Below, in pieces: positions 33,760-44,430 of a stretch of DNA of 64,000 bases. Below the pieces are notes generated by a model. The model searched no databases and was not told the origin of the DNA. It saw nothing but the letters and a program-made list of their open reading frames with translations. Source of the DNA: an uncultured Verrucomicrobiae bacterium (GTDB taxonomy: Bacteria > Verrucomicrobiota > Verrucomicrobiia > Palsa-1439); assembly GCA_963812605.1 (NCBI GenBank), contig CAWEWF010000003.1:58192-122191 (forward strand). The letters are read 5' to 3'. The position numbers and the translations under genes are program-made. The stretch's first letter is position 1; the number at the start of each line of letters is the position of its first letter.

Positions 33760-35034
33760 TCAAGGCGCGGGTTGTGTTGGTTTCGGATGCTTCATGTTTT
33801 CCAACTGGCTGATGGCGGCTTGCAGTTTTTGATCCGAAGGGACTTGCCGCTGGAGGGACTTAAGCACGTCGATTCCATCATCGATGCGGTTCTGCTCCAC
33901 GTAGAGTTGCATGAGCCGAAAGTTGGCTTCGGGATTCTCCGGGCCCAGCGCGATGGCCTGTTTGAAAGCGTACTCAGCTTCGTCGGTCCGTCCGCGGCTG
34001 TTGTAAACGCCGCCGATGGCCGAGCGGTGCTTGGAATACGTCATCCGGGCCCACCTATTCGAGAGAAATCCCGGATCGGCGAGGAGCTGTTTTGTCAGCG
34101 CATCCCAAAACTCGCGGTCACGCGCGATGACCGCCGGGTCAAGTTGGGCCAGCGGCTTCCGGTTCAGCTTCAAGATCAGTCCGTGCGGCTCGAGGTATGG
34201 ATACATCCAGGCCATGGGATGACTTTCTTCAACGTAGAACTCGCGATCCGGGTTCTTGTCGAAAATGAATTTGGAAATCCGCCCTTCCATTGCCAATCTC
34301 GCTTCGCCACCTTTCATGGCTTCGTCGGGATTGAGTGTTTCCCCGTAAAGGACGCGGTGTTGAACATCCTCCACATACTCCTGAAAACAGCGCTGCACAT
34401 CTGCCGTGGTGGGAAGCGTGATACGAGTTCCATACATCGAGCGGGCGTAATCCAGATACGAGTCGTCGCCCAGCCAGTTTTGCGTGAGCGTGAAGAACGG
34501 GTCGGCGTTTATTTGAGAGTTGGACAGGGCCGTGACCAAAGAGCGACCGGGACCAGTGCCGCCGAAATAAATACTCCCCGGCGGGATGGATTGGATAATG
34601 TCCCGGGCAAAGGCGATCGGGTATTTGTCTCCGCCGGCGGCGAACTCCGAGAGCGCGCCGTAGGTTTCCAGCGCCGGTTGCCATTGCTTGACGTGCGAAG
34701 GCGAGCGATTATTTGCGTCGGGATATTCGTAAAGCAGGGAATGGTCGTGTACGGCTTCCCAAATATTGCTCGCTGTCGGCAAGTCTCCTCGCGCCACCGC
34801 CGCGAACAGGGAGTTGAATTCCGGCGGCAATTCTTTGCCGTCGGCAGCCGCCAGCGCATTGGCCTGCGCTTGCTTCGCGGCGATGAAGGCTTTCAATTGG
34901 TCGGAGACCTTCGATTTGTCAAGGGACCAGATGCGGCTGCGGCTGTCGGCGTCGAGGGAAAAGCTTGCCACCAAAAACACGAGGCTGAACGCTGCGAGCG
35001 TCGTCGTTCTGCGTATGCGGAAGCGCATCTTCAT
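33760..35034 (-). CDS. Exported TPR-containing protein
   Basis: Signal peptide; C-terminal TPR (EAEYAFKQAIALGPENPEANFRL); FGGTGPGR and WMYPYLEPHGLI motifs. Confidence 0.8.
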   Translation of the reverse strand: MKMRFRIRRTTTLAAFSLVFLVASFSLDADSRSRIWSLDKSKVSDQLKAFIAAKQAQANALAAADGKELPPEFNSLFAAVARGDLPTASNIWEAVHDHSLLYEYPDANNRSPSHVKQWQPALETYGALSEFAAGGDKYPIAFARDIIQSIPPGSIYFGGTGPGRSLVTALSNSQINADPFFTLTQNWLGDDSYLDYARSMYGTRITLPTTADVQRCFQEYVEDVQHRVLYGETLNPDEAMKGGEARLAMEGRISKFIFDKNPDREFYVEESHPMAWMYPYLEPHGLILKLNRKPLAQLDPAVIARDREFWDALTKQLLADPGFLSNRWARMTYSKHRSAIGGVYNSRGRTDEAEYAFKQAIALGPENPEANFRLMQLYVEQNRIDDGIDVLKSLQRQVPSDQKLQAAISQLENMKHPKPTQPAP

Positions 35035-35189
35035 AGTTCACCTACCGCGCCGTCAGTGAATCATAGCCACTTGTTCTCGAAACGTCACCTTATTTGGCAG
35101 GAAAAGCGAGCCAAGCGGCAACGTTTCTGTTATCCTTTTTCGGCAGGGTTGGCTGAGGCGGCGACAGTTTGGAAATGGAGCGGAAGGCA

Positions 35190-36161
35190 ATGAAGAAAAA
35201 TATTTGGATCGGGGTGTTGGCGATTGCAGTGGCGGCGCTGGCAATCGTGGTGGGGATGCAGAACGGGCAGATTCAGGGCTTGCAGGAGGAGAAGCGTTTG
35301 ATGTTGGCCGCGTTGGCAGAGAAAGCCAAAGCTGCGCCCGCGCCGGTCGAGGAAACCCCGGCGCCATTGCCGGAGACCAAAACGGTTGAGCCAGTGGTGG
35401 CCGTGGCACCTGCTCCCGAGGCGCCGCCGACCAAGGCGACAACGAACAATCCTTTCGCGGGGATGGCGGAGATGATGAAGAGCCCGCAAATGAAGGAGAT
35501 GATGCGCGCCCAGCAGAAGGTGGCAATTAATGGAATGTACGGGTCGCTTTCCAAATACCTGAATCTCTCTACCAATGACATGGATGCACTCAAGGAACTG
35601 CTTTTACAACGGCAGATGGCCTTGATGGATGCGGGGATGTCCATGATGGGCGGCACCGGGACCGACCCGAAGCAGGCGGCCGCCGACGTGCAGACGGTCA
35701 AAGCTGACTATGACAAAAAGATCTCGGATCTGCTCGGCGCACAGGATTACCCGGTTTTCCAGGATTACGAAAAAACCGCGGCGGACCGGATGACGGTGCA
35801 GATGTTCAAGAATTCGTTGTCGCCGGACGCGGCATTGACGGATCAACAAGAGGAAAATTTAGTCACGGCGATGGCGGAGGAACGCAAGGCGATGCCGGCC
35901 ACGTCGGCGTTGAACAACCAGACTCCCGATCCGTCGAAGTTTACCGAGGAGGGGATCGCGGATACGTTGAAGCAAATGGACCAGTTGCAGCAACGGAATG
36001 CCGAGCGCGCCGCGTCGATCCTCACTCCCACGCAGCTTGACCAGTTCACAAAGTTCCAGCAGCAAATGAACAGCATGGCGGCAGTCGGCATGAAGATGGC
36101 CGCGCAGATGTTTGGAAACAAGGGCGCCGCGCCGGCGCCCGCCGCTAGTCCCAGCCCGTAA
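35190..36161 (+). CDS. Hypothetical membrane-anchored helical protein
   Basis: N-terminal TM, Pro/Ala linker, Met/Gln-rich helices ending ILTPTQLDQF. Confidence 0.8.
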   Translation: MKKNIWIGVLAIAVAALAIVVGMQNGQIQGLQEEKRLMLAALAEKAKAAPAPVEETPAPLPETKTVEPVVAVAPAPEAPPTKATTNNPFAGMAEMMKSPQMKEMMRAQQKVAINGMYGSLSKYLNLSTNDMDALKELLLQRQMALMDAGMSMMGGTGTDPKQAAADVQTVKADYDKKISDLLGAQDYPVFQDYEKTAADRMTVQMFKNSLSPDAALTDQQEENLVTAMAEERKAMPATSALNNQTPDPSKFTEEGIADTLKQMDQLQQRNAERAASILTPTQLDQFTKFQQQMNSMAAVGMKMAAQMFGNKGAAPAPAASPSP

Positions 36162-36225
36162 GCGTCCGCGCGATTTACCGTTGCGTGTCGAAACCGCGCC
36201 CGCTATATTCTAAAAGATCTGGTGC

Positions 36226-36312
36226 GCGGACGTGGCGAAACTGGCAGACGCGCAGCCCTCAGAAGGCTGTGACCGCAAGGTCATGGAGGTTCAACTCCTC
36301 TCGTCCGCACCA
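36226..36312 (+). tRNA. tRNA-Leu (anticodon CAG)
   Basis: Acceptor GCGGACG/CGTCCGC + ACCA, D-loop TGGCAGA, anticodon stem CAGCC-CTCAGAA-GGCTG, long variable arm TGACC-GCAA-GGTCA, T-loop GGTTCAACTCC. Confidence 0.97.
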
Positions 36313-36334
36313 ACTTCAGGATCGATTCCCGGTT

Positions 36335-38011
36335 TTAATAGCGGAAGCTGCTGTGGCCGATAAACTCGCGCAGAATCGAAGTCGGCGGCACCAGATGGTC
36401 GGAGACGCCGAGAAAGCTGGACAAGAACGCGAGCAACCGCCGCGCCTCGGCATACTGCGGATGGTACGGTTTGATTTCGACCAACAGCGGCTCGACGAAC
36501 GGTTTGAGGACCGCCAATTCGTAATCCAGCGCCGAGTTGAAGGCGATGTCAGCGCTTTGTTGAAAGGGAAATATCCAGGTCTTCTCGCCGCGGCGCACGC
36601 TGGGCCACATGTTTAGTGTCGCCAGCGCCGTGTTGCCGCGAAAATTGTTGTCGCGGACCATCCGTCGCACGAGGCGATTGTCCGTCGTGGAAATGCGGTT
36701 ATTCGAATCCAGGTTCAACTGCGTCAGCGCGCTGATGTAGATCCGCAATTTATGCGCGGGCGGCACGGACTCGGTCAGGCGGGGATTCAGCCCGTGGATG
36801 CCCTCGACCAGCACGATTTGGTCGGGTTCGATGCGCAACTTCTGCCCGCGAAATTCGCGGGAGCCCTTCTCGAAATTGAAACTCGGCAACTCCACTTCCT
36901 CGCCTTTATCCAGCCGCAACAGGTGCTCGTTGAACAGCAACAGATCGACCGTCTCGATGTTTTCAAAATCAGCCTTGCCATGCTCGTCCAGCGGCGTCTG
37001 ATCGCGACTGACGAAGTAGTTGTCCACCGAAATGGTCACCGGACGAAGGCCGTTGACGCGCAACTGGACGGCCAGCCGCTTGGCGAAGGTGGTCTTGCCC
37101 GATGAAGAGGGGCCGGCGATGAGCGTCCACTTGATCCGGCCCCGATGTTCGTAAATATGGTCGGCGATCTGCGCGATCTTCTTCTCGTGAAAAGCCTCGG
37201 CGATCTTGATGAAGTCGCTGATCTCCTTGTTGGCGATGATTTCGTTGAGCCGGCCCACCGTATTGACGCCGAGGATCCGGCCCCATTCCTTGTGTTCCTT
37301 GAAAATCTGGAACAGTTGCGGCTGCGGCTCGAACGGCGGCAGGTTCTTCGGGTCTTCCCGTTCGGGGACCTGCAGCACGAAGCCCGGCGCGTACGAAATC
37401 AGCTTGAACAATGTCAGGGACCCGGTGCTCGGGGCCAGCGGTCCGTGGTCCAGGTCGGAGAAATCCTCGCACCAGCATGTGGCTACCTTGGGCGGGTTGC
37501 TGAAGCGCAGGAGATTGTACTTGTCCCATTGCTTCTCTTTTTCGAAGCGGCGGACGACCTCGGTGAAGGCGATTTTGCGCCGTTCGATCGGGAGGTCGTC
37601 TGCGACATTCGCCCGCATGTGTTTGTCGAGACCTTGCAACTGCTCGTCGCTGAGGCCGGCTTTGCCGTTCATCTCGAAGCTGCAGAAGAAACCCGAGCCC
37701 AGCGAATGCTCAATCGCGAAATGAGCGTCGGGAAATAATTCCTTGATCGCCTTGGCCAACAAAAAACAGACGGAACGCCGGTAGATTTGAAAGGCGTCCG
37801 AATCGGCCCGCGTCAGCAGCATGACTTTGCTGTCCACCTCCACCGGGTACGTGACGGAGACTGCGTCGTTGTTCACCAGCGCGGCGATATAATCGAGGCC
37901 GTCCGGCGCCCGGCGCTGGGGGAGGATCTCGCAAACAGGAGTACCAGCCGCGCAGCGAATGTGCCGGCCATCTTCCAGCGTAACCGTGATCGTATTGAGG
38001 TTCGGCTCCAT
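36335..38011 (-). CDS. Nucleoside (uridine) kinase-like protein with N-terminal TGS/ThrRS-like domain
   Basis: IAGPSSSGKTT P-loop, LVEGIHGLN, RRMVRDNNFRG, FNSALDYEL; start placed at MEPNL. Confidence 0.9.
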   Translation of the reverse strand: MEPNLNTITVTLEDGRHIRCAAGTPVCEILPQRRAPDGLDYIAALVNNDAVSVTYPVEVDSKVMLLTRADSDAFQIYRRSVCFLLAKAIKELFPDAHFAIEHSLGSGFFCSFEMNGKAGLSDEQLQGLDKHMRANVADDLPIERRKIAFTEVVRRFEKEKQWDKYNLLRFSNPPKVATCWCEDFSDLDHGPLAPSTGSLTLFKLISYAPGFVLQVPEREDPKNLPPFEPQPQLFQIFKEHKEWGRILGVNTVGRLNEIIANKEISDFIKIAEAFHEKKIAQIADHIYEHRGRIKWTLIAGPSSSGKTTFAKRLAVQLRVNGLRPVTISVDNYFVSRDQTPLDEHGKADFENIETVDLLLFNEHLLRLDKGEEVELPSFNFEKGSREFRGQKLRIEPDQIVLVEGIHGLNPRLTESVPPAHKLRIYISALTQLNLDSNNRISTTDNRLVRRMVRDNNFRGNTALATLNMWPSVRRGEKTWIFPFQQSADIAFNSALDYELAVLKPFVEPLLVEIKPYHPQYAEARRLLAFLSSFLGVSDHLVPPTSILREFIGHSSFRY

Positions 38012-38251
38012 TTCCCAAATTTCTTGCAATCTCCGGGCCAACCGCTTAACCGCAGAAAAACTCTGCTCGTGCAGAATGTTTCTGTACTTATATACGGCTT
38101 TCGTGCGATTAGAAACTTCTTTTCGCGCGGCTGTCGAACAAATTGTCGCTGAGCAAGATAAGGGCCGCTCCGGCCTGTTTTGCTTGATGTTTCGAGCCGG
38201 GGAACCTAACGTCTTCACCGTGATTTGTTGCCCATGGATGAAGAGTGCCCG

Positions 38252-39469
38252 ATGAACAAGACGATATCCACCGAGTTCCTGCGCCGCATCCCGAAGACCG
38301 ACCTGCATTTGCATTTGGATGGTTCGCTGCGGATCCCGACATTGATCGAACTGGCGAAGCGGCACCGCGTCAAGTTGCCGTCCTACACCGAGGACGGGCT
38401 GCGACGGTTGGTGTTCAAGGACAAGTATGCCCATCTTCCCGAGTACTTGCAGGGGTTCGCCTACACCTGCGCGGTGATGCAAACCGCCGAGAGCCTGGAG
38501 CGCATCGCCTGCGAGCTGGCCGAGGACAATCTGGCGGAAGGGGTGCGCTACATTGAAGTCCGGTACGCCCCGCAGTTGCACATCAATGACCGGCTCAACA
38601 TCGAAGAAGTTGTCGGCGCCGTTTGCCGCGGTCTCGGGCGCGCGCAGAAACAGCACAACCTCTCGAAGGCGGTCCGCACCGGCGCGGATGTTCCGTTCCA
38701 CTTCGGCATCATCGTCTGCGCGCTGCGGTTTATCGTGCCGCAGATGTCGCCATACTATCGGCGGTTGTTCGAGGTAATGCCTTACGCGTCCCCGAAACAA
38801 GTCTGCATGGCGGCCTCGATGGAATTGGCGCGCGCCGCCGTGGACCTGGCCCACAACAAAGGCCTGCCCGTTGTCGGGTTCGACCTGGCGGGGGCGGAAG
38901 CGGGCTATCCAGCCGACGACCACAGCGCGGCCTACCAGTACGTGCATTCTCATTTCATCCGCAAGACCGTTCACGCCGGCGAAGCCTACGGGCCCGAGTC
39001 GATCTTCCAGGCGATCACGAAGTGCTACGCCAACCGCATCGGCCATGGCACCTGGCTCTTCGCGAACGACATGATTGAAGACCCGGCCATCGACGACCCG
39101 GCGGAGTACGTTCACCACCTGGCCGAATATGTCGCCAGCCAGCGCATCACCATGGAAGTCTGCCTTACGAGCAACGCCCAGACCCTGCCGCGCATGCGCA
39201 ACCTCACGCACCATCCCCTGCGCCAGATGCTCGATCACGAATTGTCCGTCTCCATCTGCACCGACAACCGCCTCATGTCCGACACGTCCGTCACCAACGA
39301 ACTGCGCCTGGCCGTCGACAAGCTGAAAATGACGCCGCGCGAACTCCGCAACGTCGTCATCGCCGGTTTCAAAGGCAGCTTCTTCCCCGGCACCTACAGC
39401 GAAAAACGCGATTTCGTCCGCCAGGTCATCGACCGCTACGAGTCCCTCTCGCGCGAACTGCCCAAATAA
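38252..39469 (+). CDS. add: Adenosine deaminase family protein
   Basis: PKTDLHLHLDGS, YIEVRYAP, GFDLAGAE, TVHAGE, RIGHG, EVCLTSN, CTDN. Confidence 0.93.
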   Translation: MNKTISTEFLRRIPKTDLHLHLDGSLRIPTLIELAKRHRVKLPSYTEDGLRRLVFKDKYAHLPEYLQGFAYTCAVMQTAESLERIACELAEDNLAEGVRYIEVRYAPQLHINDRLNIEEVVGAVCRGLGRAQKQHNLSKAVRTGADVPFHFGIIVCALRFIVPQMSPYYRRLFEVMPYASPKQVCMAASMELARAAVDLAHNKGLPVVGFDLAGAEAGYPADDHSAAYQYVHSHFIRKTVHAGEAYGPESIFQAITKCYANRIGHGTWLFANDMIEDPAIDDPAEYVHHLAEYVASQRITMEVCLTSNAQTLPRMRNLTHHPLRQMLDHELSVSICTDNRLMSDTSVTNELRLAVDKLKMTPRELRNVVIAGFKGSFFPGTYSEKRDFVRQVIDRYESLSRELPK

Positions 39470-39490
39470 AGTTCCGCTCCTACATGTTGT

Positions 39491-39950
39491 TGTAGGCCGC
39501 GTGCCCCCACGCGGCGAGGGTTCTCTGGTTGTGCGCCGGTCTCCCGACCGCGGCACTTCATCCTGTCCAACCCCAATTTCACCCCCATCTTTCCACCCCC
39601 AACTCTCTAAGTCCTTGCAGTCAGGGATAATAACTGGGGGGTTCGTTTCGCAGAATCGCATATATAAGAATCTTTCTAGTGGCGCGGGCGTCTCGCCCGT
39701 GTTCTTGCCGGCTCCGAGTTGAACAGGCGTCCCGCCTGCACTCGTTCGACATCGAGCTGCGCAAAGCAGCGAGTCGCACCGAAACCTTGGCGAAGGAGGA
39801 AGCGTCCTCGCGAAGTAGGCGTCCCGCCGTGTTCTTTTGACCGACCATAGTGGCGCGGGCGTCCCGCCCGTGTTGTTTTGTCCAAACTTTGTACCGCCAA
39901 ATTCCTCTGTTGAGAGTTGCGCGTTGAAGGTTGGAAGTTGCGCGTTCATC
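39491..39950. repeat. Mosaic of REP-like palindromes and 7-bp tandem repeats
   Basis: TGTAGGCCGCGTGCCCCCACGCGGC; GGCGCGGGCGTCTCGCCCGTG and GGCGCGGGCGTCCCGCCCGTG; AACAGGCGTCCCGCCTG; GGGTTCGTTTCGCAGAA; (GTTGnnn)x5 at 39910. Confidence 0.7.
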
Positions 39951-40306
39951 TGTTCAGTCCCGCATCATACCACTATCGGAATTCGATTTCCAGCGCTTTA
40001 AGCTGGCCTTCCTCTGTAGCAGCGCTTGCTAAGCGCTGTTCCTCTGACCGTCCACCGTTGGTTGCACGCCGCAACTCCCGCATTGTAGGGCAACCGGCCC
40101 GGTTGCCGTCGTGCCTGAAAACTATAGGGCGGATCGGGTTTCTTCCTTCCGCCTTCATCTTTTTACCCCGCCCCGCCCCCCCTTTCGCCGTTGTCCACAC
40201 ACATGAGCGGCGAGCCTTGCCAAACAGCAAGACGGAGGTCATCTTGGCACGGGGGAGTTATTCACGGCAAGGCATCCAGAATTATGACGAAAGGATCGTC
40301 CGCACA

Positions 40307-42544
40307 ATGAGCGGCGCGTGGAAATCACTGGGCGTTGTGTGCGTCCTGACCATGGGGATGTACGCGTACACCGCACCGTTGGGCAGGTTGGAATCGCTGA
40401 GTTTGAATCCGGCGGACGCTTACTACAATTTACTGGTGCAGGGGTTTCGCGATGGCCATCTGAGCCTGAAAAAAGAGGTGCCGACCGGGTTCGCGCGCCT
40501 CGCCAACCCCTACGATCCCGAAGCCAATCGCGTGTACCGGGGTTTGCCTTACGGGCTGAGCGACCTGAGCTACTACAAGGGCCGGTTTTACTTGTACTTC
40601 GGGGTCACGCCGGCATTGATATTATTCTGGCCGTTCGTCGCGCTGACCGGCCACTACCTGTTTTACCGTGTGGCCGTGACGGTTTTTTGCGCCGTGGGCG
40701 TTGCCGTCAGCCTGGGTTTGTTGCGCACGCTCTGGCGGCGCTATTTGCCGAGGTGAGCGTCGGGGTGGTGGCGCGTGCGCGCTGGCGCTCGGCTTGGCGA
40801 CGGGCGTGCCGGCACTGTTGCCGCAGTCCGACGTTTATCAAGTGCCGATCAGTTGCGGGTATATGCTGACGATGCTGGCATTGGGGGCGGTTTGGTGCGC
40901 ATTGCACGACACGGAACGGAGGTGTCGGTGGTTGATGGCGGGAAGTGTGGCCTACGGGCTGGCCGTTGGCGCGCGACCGTCGTTGCTCTTTGGCGGCATT
41001 ATCCTCCTGGTGCCGGTGGTTTGCGCGTGGCGCGAACGACGGTCGATTTGGACTGCGCTGATGGCGGCGACCATCCCGATCACGCTGATCGGGTTGGGGT
41101 TGATGCTCTATAACGACCTGCGGTTTGGCAATGCATTTGAGTTCGGCCTGCGTTACGAGTTGGGCGGAGGAGAAGGACTGGTGACGCAGCAATTCTTCCA
41201 TCTGCGTTATCTCTGGTTCAATTTTCTGGTGAACTTTCTGGAGCCGGCGCGCTGGACCGCTCACTTTCCCTTCGTGCAGAGAGCCGCCGTGCCGCCCTTT
41301 CCGCTGGGTTATCATGATGTGCAAGACACTTTCGGTGTTCTGACTAACGTTCCGCTGGTGTGGCTGGCACTGGCCGCGCCGCTGGCATGGCGAAAGCGCC
41401 CGGATCCGGAGCGGGCGCCTTGCGCTGGTTTGTAACGGCCTCGTGGCTGCTTTTTGGGATGTGCGCGTTGACACTTGAGTTTTACTGTACCGCGGCCGGC
41501 CGCTACGAGGTGGATTTCTTGCCGGCGCTTGTGCTCCTTGCCGTGGTTGGCATCCTCGGGCTCGAGCGCGCGCTGGCTGAGCAGCCGGTCAAGCGACGTC
41601 TGGTACGCTGTGGTTGGAGCGTGCTCTTGGGGTTCTCGGTCATCTTTGGTGTGTTGGTGAGCGTCAAGAATTACGCGGTTGCAGACTGTTCGATGGCGAC
41701 GATCCTGACTGGGGAGGGCCGGGTGCCGGAAGCCATCCGGGTCTTCGAGGGTGCTCTCCGAATTGAGCCCGATTACGCTGAGGGGCACCATAACCTGGGA
41801 CTCGCTTTATTGCAGGCAGGCAAGGTGCCGGAAGCCGTCCGAGAGTACGAGTGCGCGTTGCGGCTCAACCCCGATTATACGGATGCCCATGTCAGTCTGG
41901 GGACGGCATTGGCCGAGATGGGCCGGCCCGAAGACGCCATCCGGCATTGGAATGAAGCCTTGCGGATCAAGCCCGATGATGCCGAGGCCTATTACAACCT
42001 CGGACTGGTTTTGCAGCAAACGGGCAGGTTACCGGAGGCGGTCGAAGACTACGAGCAAGCGGTGCGAAGCAATCCCGATGACGCCGAGGCGCACAACAAT
42101 CTGGGACTCGCCCTGGCTCGGCTGGGCCGGGTACAAGAAGCGATGGGGCATTACGAGGAAGCACTAAGGATCAACCCCGATCGCGCTGAGACGCACTATA
42201 ACTTCGGGATAACCTTGCAGCAAACAGGCAAGTTACCGGAGGCGATCGAACACTACGAGTGGGCCCTGCGGATCAAACCTGATTATGTTCAGGCACACTA
42301 CAATCTGGGAGTTGTGCTAATGCAATTGGGACGGGTGCAGGAGGCGATGGGCCATTGGGAGCAGGCGGTGCGAATCAAACCCGACTACGTCGCGGCGCAC
42401 TACAATCTGGGCGTGGCGCTGGAGCAAGCGGGCCGGATACGTGAGGCCATTGAGCATTACGAGCAAGCACTCAAGCTCCGACCGGATTTTACTGCGGCCA
42501 GCAACGCCCTCGCGCGGCTGCAGGCCGCTCAGATAGGTCAATAA
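40307..42544 (+). CDS. Multi-TM GT-C-like protein with C-terminal TPR array, two frameshifts
   Basis: Three consecutive frames: YYNLLVQGF..DLSYYKGRFYLYFGVTP, LAVGARPS..YNDLRFG, RYEVDF, then about eight TPRs (YAEAHYNLG). Confidence 0.8.
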
Positions 42545-42570
42545 CACCCGGTGGAAGTCGATAATTAGTT

Positions 42571-42630
42571 TTGCGTGCGGAATTGGGGTTGCGTGCGGAA
42601 TTGGGGTCATGCGGAATTGGGGTCAGGTCT
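42571..42630 (+). repeat. Three tandem TGCGGAATTGGGGT units
   Basis: TTGCGTGCGGAATTGGGG twice, then TCATGCGGAATTGGGGTCAGGTCT. Confidence 0.8.
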
Positions 42631-42673
42631 CAGCATCAGACAATTGGCCCAAGAATGGATTCAGCCCCCGCGT

Positions 42674-42785
42674 TCCGCTTTGACTTTACCTCGCCGACCA
42701 ATCCGTTTATCAATCACCGATGCAGCGTTATCAGTCGCTCCTATTTCGATGCCGACGGAACGCTCTTTGACTTTGACCGGGCGGA
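42674..42785 (+). pseudogene. Diverged duplicate of the yjjG upstream region and 5' end
   Basis: Near-identical to 43655-43765 (TCCGCTTTGACTTTACCTCGCCG..GATGCCGACGG..CTCTTTGACTT.GACCGGGCGGA). Confidence 0.85.
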
Positions 42786-42822
42786 AGTTGCGGGCGAGGG
42801 GGTCAGACCGGTGCTCGTGACA

Positions 42823-43032
42823 TTATCCGATGTAGCGAGCACGGGCCTCAGCCTTTGCCAGTTGCGTTTCATATCTGGTGATTCGGGTTTCCCATAAACT
42901 CCGCATATTGCCATTCGTCGACGCGGCAAGATTGCGGCGCACCCTGCCGAGCTGTTTGCGGATGTTGCGCTCTTCGGGGTTTCGTTTTGGGCTAATTTTA
43001 GAGACGGGCGAAGCGCCCTTTTTTTCAGTCAC
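42823..43032 (-). CDS. Small basic hypothetical protein
   Basis: 69-aa Lys/Arg-rich helical ORF; no recognised motif. Confidence 0.45.
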   Translation of the reverse strand: MTEKKGASPVSKISPKRNPEERNIRKQLGRVRRNLAASTNGNMRSLWETRITRYETQLAKAEARARYIG

Positions 43033-43275
43033 GCTCTATACTACGTAAACCAGCGGCGAGACGCTATGGGGTGTTTACCCCATAGCGGTTGGTGTGCGAC
43101 AAGGCGTATCATGACAAAATTGTTGCTGACCACCAAATGCGGTGCACACAAGGTGCCGGAGAGGAAAAAGTTCCGTCCGCCCCCGCGGGGGGATGAACTG
43201 CTCAATCCGTGACAATTCGTTAACTGTTCAAACCACGCCATGAGGTTCGTGGCAGAAAGTAAAATAGGCTTCACT

Positions 43276-43575
43276 ATGGAACCAGCTTCCGCTGCAGTAA
43301 AACTCCCCGTACGGATCAAGAATACTTACCTGGAGCCCGCGCAGCTACGCATTCCCAACCCCGAGTTACTGGTCAACGTCGTGCGTCTCCGTGTCCGCCA
43401 ACTTGCCCAGGGACATCGGCCCCTCACGCAGACAGATCCGCGGATGGAATTCTCTGATATCGCGCTGAAGGAAATCAGCGAGGGCAAGCTCGGGTACGAA
43501 TTCCCCGATCAATCCGAGTTCGTGCCCGAGGTGTCTGCCGTCACCGTCGAGCCTCCTTTGGTCGGCATAGCCTAA
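43276..43575 (+). CDS. rpoZ: RNA polymerase omega subunit-like protein
   Basis: IPNPELLVNVVRLRVRQLAQGHRPL..DIALKEISEGKL is the omega signature (L..RARQL..G..P..ALxEIxEGK). Confidence 0.8.
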   Translation: MEPASAAVKLPVRIKNTYLEPAQLRIPNPELLVNVVRLRVRQLAQGHRPLTQTDPRMEFSDIALKEISEGKLGYEFPDQSEFVPEVSAVTVEPPLVGIA

Positions 43576-43700
43576 CTACAAATGGGACTGAGGAGTCGCA
43601 TCTCTTCATTCTGCATCTGGTTGACGCAGTGGTGGTCCTTTTCACCGCCCACTGTCCGCTTTGACTTTACCTCGCCGCCCAATCGGTTTATCAATCACCG

Positions 43701-44387
43701 ATGCCACGTTATCAATGGCTCTTGTTCGATGCCGACGGGACGCTCTTTGACTTCGACCGGGCGGAGGGTAGGGCACTTGAACAAGCGTTCCGGCAAGCCG
43801 GGAGCACGTACGAGTCGGGTTACCTGGCTACGTATCGACGTATCAACCAGGCGCTCTGGGAAGCGGTGGAACGGGGAGAGATCGCGCCGGGCGTCGTAAA
43901 AATAAAACGCTTCGAACGGTTGCTCGAGGGCATCGGGGTGGACGGCTCGGCGGCGGTGTTGAGCGACAACTATCTCGAATGCCTGGCCGCCTGCTCGGAA
44001 CTCATGGAGGATGCCGGCGAAGTCGTGCAGGCGTTGCACGAGAAATATCGAATAGCTATTTTAACCAACGGCCTCCAGGTTGTCCAACGTGGCCGACTGG
44101 CCCGGTCCGCGATTCGCGATCACATTGCCGAGATCATCATTTCCGAAGAGATCGGTTTTGCCAAACCGGCCAAAGAGTTCTTTGACTTGGCCATGTCACG
44201 GTTGGGACATCCGTCCGCGCGAGAAGTGCTGATGATCGGTGATGGTTGGACCTCGGACATCCAGGGCGCGGTACAATATGGCATCGATGCCTGCTGGTAC
44301 AATCCTGGACACAAGCCGCGTCCCACCAATCTCGAGATTACCCGCGAGATCGCCTCGTTACACGAATTGGTCGAATGGCTGGCGTAA
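43701..44387 (+). CDS. yjjG: YjjG-family HAD pyrimidine 5'-nucleotidase
   Basis: LLFDADGTLFDF, ILTNG, ISEEIGFAKP, MIGDGWTSDIQGA. Confidence 0.92.
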   Translation: MPRYQWLLFDADGTLFDFDRAEGRALEQAFRQAGSTYESGYLATYRRINQALWEAVERGEIAPGVVKIKRFERLLEGIGVDGSAAVLSDNYLECLAACSELMEDAGEVVQALHEKYRIAILTNGLQVVQRGRLARSAIRDHIAEIIISEEIGFAKPAKEFFDLAMSRLGHPSAREVLMIGDGWTSDIQGAVQYGIDACWYNPGHKPRPTNLEITREIASLHELVEWLA

Positions 44388-44430
44388 ACCGGCTGCACGT
44401 TGATTCTGCGGAGGGTCACCGTGTCGCAAC

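Noticed and set aside
33748-35193. Long antisense ORFs (e.g. 33748-35193+, 2650-3921+, 51836-52954-, 62525-63547+, 59673-60656+)
   Set aside because: They are shadow frames of well-supported genes on the opposite strand, expected in GC-rich DNA, and have no motifs.
36226-36312. tRNA-Leu as the integration site of the element
   Set aside because: No duplicated tRNA 3' end was seen, and three host-like genes separate it from the element.
36335-39949. 1204-aa ORF as one giant protein
   Set aside because: Only the C-terminal part (from 38011) is a nucleoside kinase; the rest is the stop-free antisense of the adenosine deaminase gene plus REP sequence.
42571-42630. Possible CRISPR array
   Set aside because: The units are directly tandem, 16-18 bp, with no unique spacers, and no cas genes are present.
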